Assembly: GCA_973895155.1 (NCBI GenBank)
Contig: OZ316899.1
Span: forward strand, 2,317,573 to 2,381,572
Source of the DNA: Marsupella aquatica
Lineage: Eukaryota > Plantae > Marchantiophyta
Direction: 5' to 3'
Length of the DNA stretch: 64,000 bases
A program made the translations under genes and the position numbers. Below are positions 59,311 through 64,000 of the stretch, one piece after another. Below the pieces are notes generated by a model. It was given only the letters and a program-made list of their open reading frames with translations. It made no database searches and had not been told where the DNA came from. The stretch's first letter is position 1, and the number at the start of each line of letters is the position of its first letter.

Positions 59311-60715
59311 GACCAACTAGCGGGCAAGCTGACGAGCGACGCCCAGCAGCTGGAGGAGGCATGCCAGGAGGCAGCGGAGGAGACGGACGCGGCAAAGTGA
59401 GAGAACGAATCTCTGCCGGACCAGGTCCAGCTCCTCAAGGCGGACAACGACAGACTTCGTAAGCAGCGGGATGGCCGCTCCCACTCGGGCGGCTCTGGCA
59501 AGCGTGCCCAGGCATTAGCGGCAGAGTAGGAATAGAATAGGGTTAGGAATAGCTAAGTCAGGCAATTGGGACAGGCACCTGTCTTAGTTACAGTAGCACT
59601 GCCATGTTGTCCAGCCTGCGTAGATTAGGATCTTCTAATAAGACACAGCCGTTTTTCGGCCTGACAGACAGCTTAGTTAGGACCTAAGTCAGCGAATCTT
59701 CGGACGGGAGGGCACCCCGTTCCTCGGCCCTTAGTATTTAGTGCACCCCTCGGTAGAGGCAGGGGGTTTTTAGTCTCAGAGTTGGACATCCGTGGTATGT
59801 GCGGGGAGTACCGACCTCTGGGAGTGAAAGAGTACCAAGGGGAGGGGGTAGGACTAAGCTCGCCGGGCGAGTGCGGAGCCGGGCTCCATTGTAGTGTACA
59901 CCCTCGGCCTTGAACCTGTTCATTTTGGAGCTGTCGGGTCAACCAAGTGTACGCATATGTCCCCTATGTAGTAAAATCTTTTCCCATTATTTCCTTCGTG
60001 TAAATTGAGATTGTATGCTTGTGCGCGTGTATGTGTGTGGGAATCTCGTGTATAGGTGACAACGCCGGGTCGAACGTACTACCCAAGTCGTGCACGGGGT
60101 GCAGCTTGCGGGTATGTGGTTGCGAGTACGGGTTGAGGACCTGTATCATTGAATCCGGATGGAAGGCGGACAACACAAAGGCTTAGAAGTCCTTAAGCCG
60201 GGGTCGATCCTGCTATCGACTAAGGTACGTTCCGGCGGCGAAACACAAACCATACCTAGGAGGTGTCCGTATCTAACAATAGGCGCACTTAGCGCTAGTT
60301 TACGTGAATTAGGTGCATTACGTGCCTCCCTCCCTGCCCGAACCCTCATATTTACGAAGGATGTGCCCGTCTAAGCTGAAGCCCGAGTTAAGGCCAAAGC
60401 CAACAACGTGACAATGATTCCACTGTGTCTTTCAGTGGGTTGTAATTTGTGACTTTGGCAAGCTTGCCACAAACATTGGAAGACGTAGCAGCCATTTTGG
60501 ATGTGCTACGTACAAAGTGCACATGACATGAACATGAGTCACTAATACCACAATGTACCAAGGGTAAGCAAGTCTCATCGTAGAGTTCCTGAAGTCCTCA
60601 GCCTCACAATTCAGGAACTACATCATTCAAGACCAAAAATGTTGCATTGATGGTTGGATGGAGGTGCTATCCAACCTCTGTTGCATGACTGTCAAAGTCT
60701 AATGCAGAAATTTAT

Positions 60716-60908
60716 TCCGTAGAGGCAGCTCCGTTGCACAAAAAATTAATTCCGTAGAGGCAGCTCCGTTGCGCAAATAATCGATGGAGCAGAGGCAGCT
60801 CCGTTGCACAAAGAATTAATTCCGCAGAGGCAGCTCCGTTGCGCAAATAATCGATGGAGCAGAGGCAGCTCCGTTGCATAAATAATTGATGGAGCAAAGG
60901 CAGCTTTG
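60716..60908. repeat. 35-bp tandem repeat with dimeric (70-bp) higher-order structure
   Basis: Core AGAGGCAGCTCCGTTGC at 60721, 60756, 60791, 60826 and 60861 (degenerate at 60896), with two alternating 18-bp linkers. Confidence 0.95.
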
Positions 60909-62962
60909 TTTCGCCTGGAAAACAAAGCTTCAAAGGTCATGGTCAATTCCAGTCAGAGTGATAGGTTTCCAGAGCATTGACTTATAAGGAGTGGGGGCAG
61001 GAGTATGAATATGAACCAGCTATTGTGTGGTCCAAGGAGTCGTGGCAAATGAGTTCACAAAATAAAATGAACGAGAAAGCAATGTGCACGGTACTGAGCA
61101 AACTGGCGATTGCATCGTTTGAGCTATGTGACACTAATGTAAACCCTATGACCACCAATTTTTGTAGGATTTCAAGTCACAAAATGAGAAACCAAGTTGT
61201 GAAAAAGTCATCCACAATGTACAAGCAAAGTAATGCACAGGTTTACCTGGCGGGGGGACTCGCTGTCACAGTCCGGATGGCTCAAACTCTATTGCCCAGA
61301 TTGCTCGCGCTCAAGTCCACTACCCAGAGTGGTCGAACTCGATCCACTGCCCAGATTGCTTGAACTCCACTGCGCAACTAACGTTGGAGTGCACAAACAA
61401 ACTTTTCCGCACAAAGGATACTGCCCAGGTTGTGTTGAAAGGTCGACTTGGAGGGTAGTTTAAAATTGACGTGGTTTATGGTGAGCTTGTATTCGGGGGA
61501 CGGAACATTCAAACGGAATGCACCAGCACTCAACAGGTGTCCACCGCGGGATGGAACTTGACCCATGGTTACCCTTCCTCTCTCTATGGTTACGTGGATA
61601 CGAAAAGGGTGGCAGTATTATAAATACTCTAAAAACAGTGGCAGTATTGTAATTTGCCACATCTTTGGTGGCAATGTAGTTAAAAGTTGTTACATAATTT
61701 CCTCTCTCTAATAGTGACAGAAATTTGATTGTGTTTGCTGGGCTCAAATTCTTGCACTTCACAGAGTTGGGCAGAGCTGAACTGGGAACTGGCGGAGCTG
61801 CAAAACTAGTAACGAGGTTTGCAGTGATTGAGATTGATTATAGTGGGATTATCGATTGAAGGAGTGGAATTTTTTGGATCTCTCCCAGATAGAGAGGTGT
61901 TTTACTTATAGGGAAATCTTTTCCAGATAAGTAACGACTTGCTAATGGTTTTACGGGCTGGTTGATTAGGTTTAGGGTTGAATAGGCTTTAAGCACTTGG
62001 GTGCGTGCTCGGAAGAACTTTGTCGCGGGGATTAACACTAAAAGAAAGAAGCACTTACACATACACTTTTTATTAGTTAAACCAGTTTGGAGAGATCAGG
62101 AACGACACATTAACGTATGAGGTAGAGGAGGAATTTTTTGCATAGTACTATAGCACGGGAGCTGCGACGCTATTTACCTTGTGAGACAGATCATATATGG
62201 ACGCAGGAGCTGCTCGGTGTTTCTTGGGATTGCAAGTGTGCAATCTCACTTTGCGGATTTTTTACTTTGATTGCTCAAGGGCTAAGAATTTTTGAAGTAG
62301 AGAAGGACAAAATAAGTGGGCTGAGGATGGATTGAGGTGAGATTGGAGGGAAGAGGAACGGGAACCGGGGAGTCATATGGTTGGACCTCACGGAGGAGAG
62401 GATAGAAGGACTATGATGGAGAATGGGATGTTTGGCTAAACATAAATTGCATTTGGAGAATTGAGGAAGAAACGGAAGTAGAGCGAGAAGAAGAGGGAGC
62501 AGGAAGTGAGGATCAAGAGTGGGCTCAAAGGATAGCAGGAGATTGTGAATGTGTCAGTGAGAAGGGAAGGTTGAGGTCACTCGGCCTTTGGTTTGGAAAC
62601 ACGGGATCTGTTGCAAAGCAGGAAGCTGTTTGGAGACCGGACATGCAAGCTAGCAAAAGGCAGGAAGGGGACAAAGGAGAGAGGACAAGTAACGTGCTAA
62701 TGCAAGGGGGAGAAGTAAGGTTGGAAGACGTGAATAAGGGGATTGGAGGGACTATTAACATTGCTGCTGCGTGGAGTGAGGATGGCTCGATTGAGCTATG
62801 GGACTCTTCGCTACTGATTGTAGATTCACAGATGGAGGAGACTAGAGTGATAGTCATTGCCACACCACGGCGCCGTAAGGGGGGTAGTGTGAGCTTGGAA
62901 ACCTCTTTGGGTGGGCAAATGCGGATTTAGTTACAGGGATCGGGGGCAGGGGGCTAAAGAGA

Positions 62963-64000
62963 ATGATGGAAGGAATATTGAGGGTAGTGTCCTGGAATGT
63001 CTGTGGGCTCTGCGAACCAAATCGGAAAAATGTTGTGAAAAACTGGATTGCAGCTAGGAGGGAACGAATAGATGCATTGGCCCTGCAAGAAATTAAGGCG
63101 GATAAGTTCATACTTGATATGGCCATGAGAGTAATTCTGCCAATGTACCAATGTGTTGCATGGACACCTGAGGAAGGTTGGGGAGGCACGGCATTACTAA
63201 TACATCCGAATTACAGGCTGGTCACGTTCGGGGTGGTGGATAGGGGGCGAGCAGTATGGGCGATTGTAGAGTATCAGGACTGCAAATTTGGAATCCTGAG
63301 TGTTTACGCACCGAATTCTGCTTGCCTTAGAGCCATTTTGTGGCATGAGCTTAAAATGCATCTGCCTCAGGAAAACTGGATTGTATGCGGGGACTTTAAC
63401 ATGACCAAAATAAGGGAGGACTCCACTGGTGATTCGCCCATGATTAAGGGAAGAGAAGCAGAGTTTTGGCAATTTCTGAAAGTTAGATTCAATCTGGTGG
63501 ATACATTGCTAATCAAGGGCGAGGTACCAGGGGCGCGCTACACCTGGAGAAGGAGCAGGATGGGGTCTTTGGTCCAATCAAGATTGGATCGATTTTATCT
63601 TAGTGCAAACGGTGACTGGATTTATAAACTGGTTGATTTGGTGCTTGTTTCCTGGGCACATCTTTCACGTCCCAAGATGGATGGTGGACTGGGGCTCAAG
63701 GATTTCCGAAGTCACTTGGATGCGCTGTTATCAAAATGGTTTACCTGTGCAATGGATTACCCGAATACGGAATGGGCCAGAATGTTTGCAGAAAATCTTA
63801 ATCGGATTGGTTGGACTAACTATAAAGTGGTGCGGAGGAATGGATATACCTTCCGTCTTGGGGGGGTCACTTCCGCGGAAGTGACCCATCACGTGCGAAG
63901 AAGTATAGGCCCTTTTAATTGGGTTGGGCGGAAGACTTCCAAAGATTTGTGGAAGAACAATAGGGGTTGTTTTATTATCTCGTCAACTTTTAAGAACTAT
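62963..64000 (+). CDS. L1-like LINE ORF2: APE endonuclease fused in frame to the post-RT C-terminal region; open to the window end and therefore absent from the ORF track
   Basis: SWNVCGL, LQEIK, SVYAPN, CGDFN, YTW, SRLDRFY, then directly VSWAHLSRPKMDGGLGL. Translated by hand; no stop in 346 codons. Confidence 0.88.
   Translation, partial: MMEGILRVVSWNVCGLCEPNRKNVVKNWIAARRERIDALALQEIKADKFILDMAMRVILPMYQCVAWTPEEGWGGTALLIHPNYRLVTFGVVDRGRAVWAIVEYQDCKFGILSVYAPNSACLRAILWHELKMHLPQENWIVCGDFNMTKIREDSTGDSPMIKGREAEFWQFLKVRFNLVDTLLIKGEVPGARYTWRRSRMGSLVQSRLDRFYLSANGDWIYKLVDLVLVSWAHLSRPKMDGGLGLKDFRSHLDALLSKWFTCAMDYPNTEWARMFAENLNRIGWTNYKVVRRNGYTFRLGGVTSAEVTHHVRRSIGPFNWVGRKTSKDLWKNNRGCFIISSTFKNY

Larger units (their letters stand above)
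54451..60413 (-). mobile_element. 5.96-kb solo-LTR-like unit with internal ORFs
   Basis: TGTGACG...CGTGACA termini and 5-bp TSD ATGAT (54446-54450; 60414-60418). About 55830-56700 is a reverse-complement homolog of chromovirus LTR ~29870-30700. No terminal direct repeats and no gag/pol. Confidence 0.8.
39424..61691 (+). mobile_element. Mutator-like element (MULE) hosting a CACTA element and a solo-LTR-like unit
   Basis: TIRs of ~90-100 bp (39424-39524 versus 61598-61689, with repeated TGCCAC), flanking direct repeat TTACATAATTT (39413-39423; 61690-61700; TSD 9-11 bp) and an internal MuDR transposase. Confidence 0.8.

Noticed and set aside
60716-60908. CRISPR-like repeat-spacer appearance
   Set aside because: The 'spacers' are two alternating related sequences, there are no cas genes and the context is eukaryotic TE sequence.
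1-64000. Numerous 60-150 aa ORFs antisense to or overlapping the TE genes; rRNA or tRNA genes
   Set aside because: The ORFs are shadows of real coding frames or repeats. No rRNA or tRNA-like structure was recognised; the TGGTATCAGAGC match is a PBS, not a tRNA gene.

Overview
This 64-kb window is a eukaryotic, transposon-only region, probably from a non-seed land plant (inferred from the TE repertoire and GT-AG introns). No convincing host gene is present. It resolves into nested elements. (1) An Athila/Tat-group Ty3/gypsy element (1-9196, 5' end outside the window) has gag-PR and an intact RT-RH-IN ORF separated by an in-frame TGA-CAA-TTA, two extra 3' ORFs and a ~1.55-kb 3' LTR. (2) A decayed L1-like LINE lies on the minus strand (~9.2-12.3 kb). 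(3) A decayed chromovirus (~12.3-31.0 kb) is split inside RNase H by (4) an 11.2-kb DNA transposon (16062-27291; perfect 25-bp TIRs, GTCA TSD) with a spliced Sola2-like transposase and RING-H2, RPA-like OB and other cargo ORFs. (5) Decayed accessory-ORF and LTR remnants occupy 31-38.6 kb. (6) A MULE (~39424-61691) hosts (7) a 10.1-kb CACTA element (40573-50649, TAT TSD) encoding a SET-domain methyltransferase-like ORF inside its transposase unit, and (8) a 5.96-kb TG..CA solo-LTR-like unit (54451-60413, ATGAT TSD) that carries its own ORFs. (9) An RT-deleted but in-frame LINE ORF2 runs off the right end. Recurring themes are TE-borne chromatin or ubiquitin-type cargo, one uncharacterised accessory domain shared by five loci, and internal arrays of short motifs. 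All family assignments come from motif reading by eye; no database search was run.
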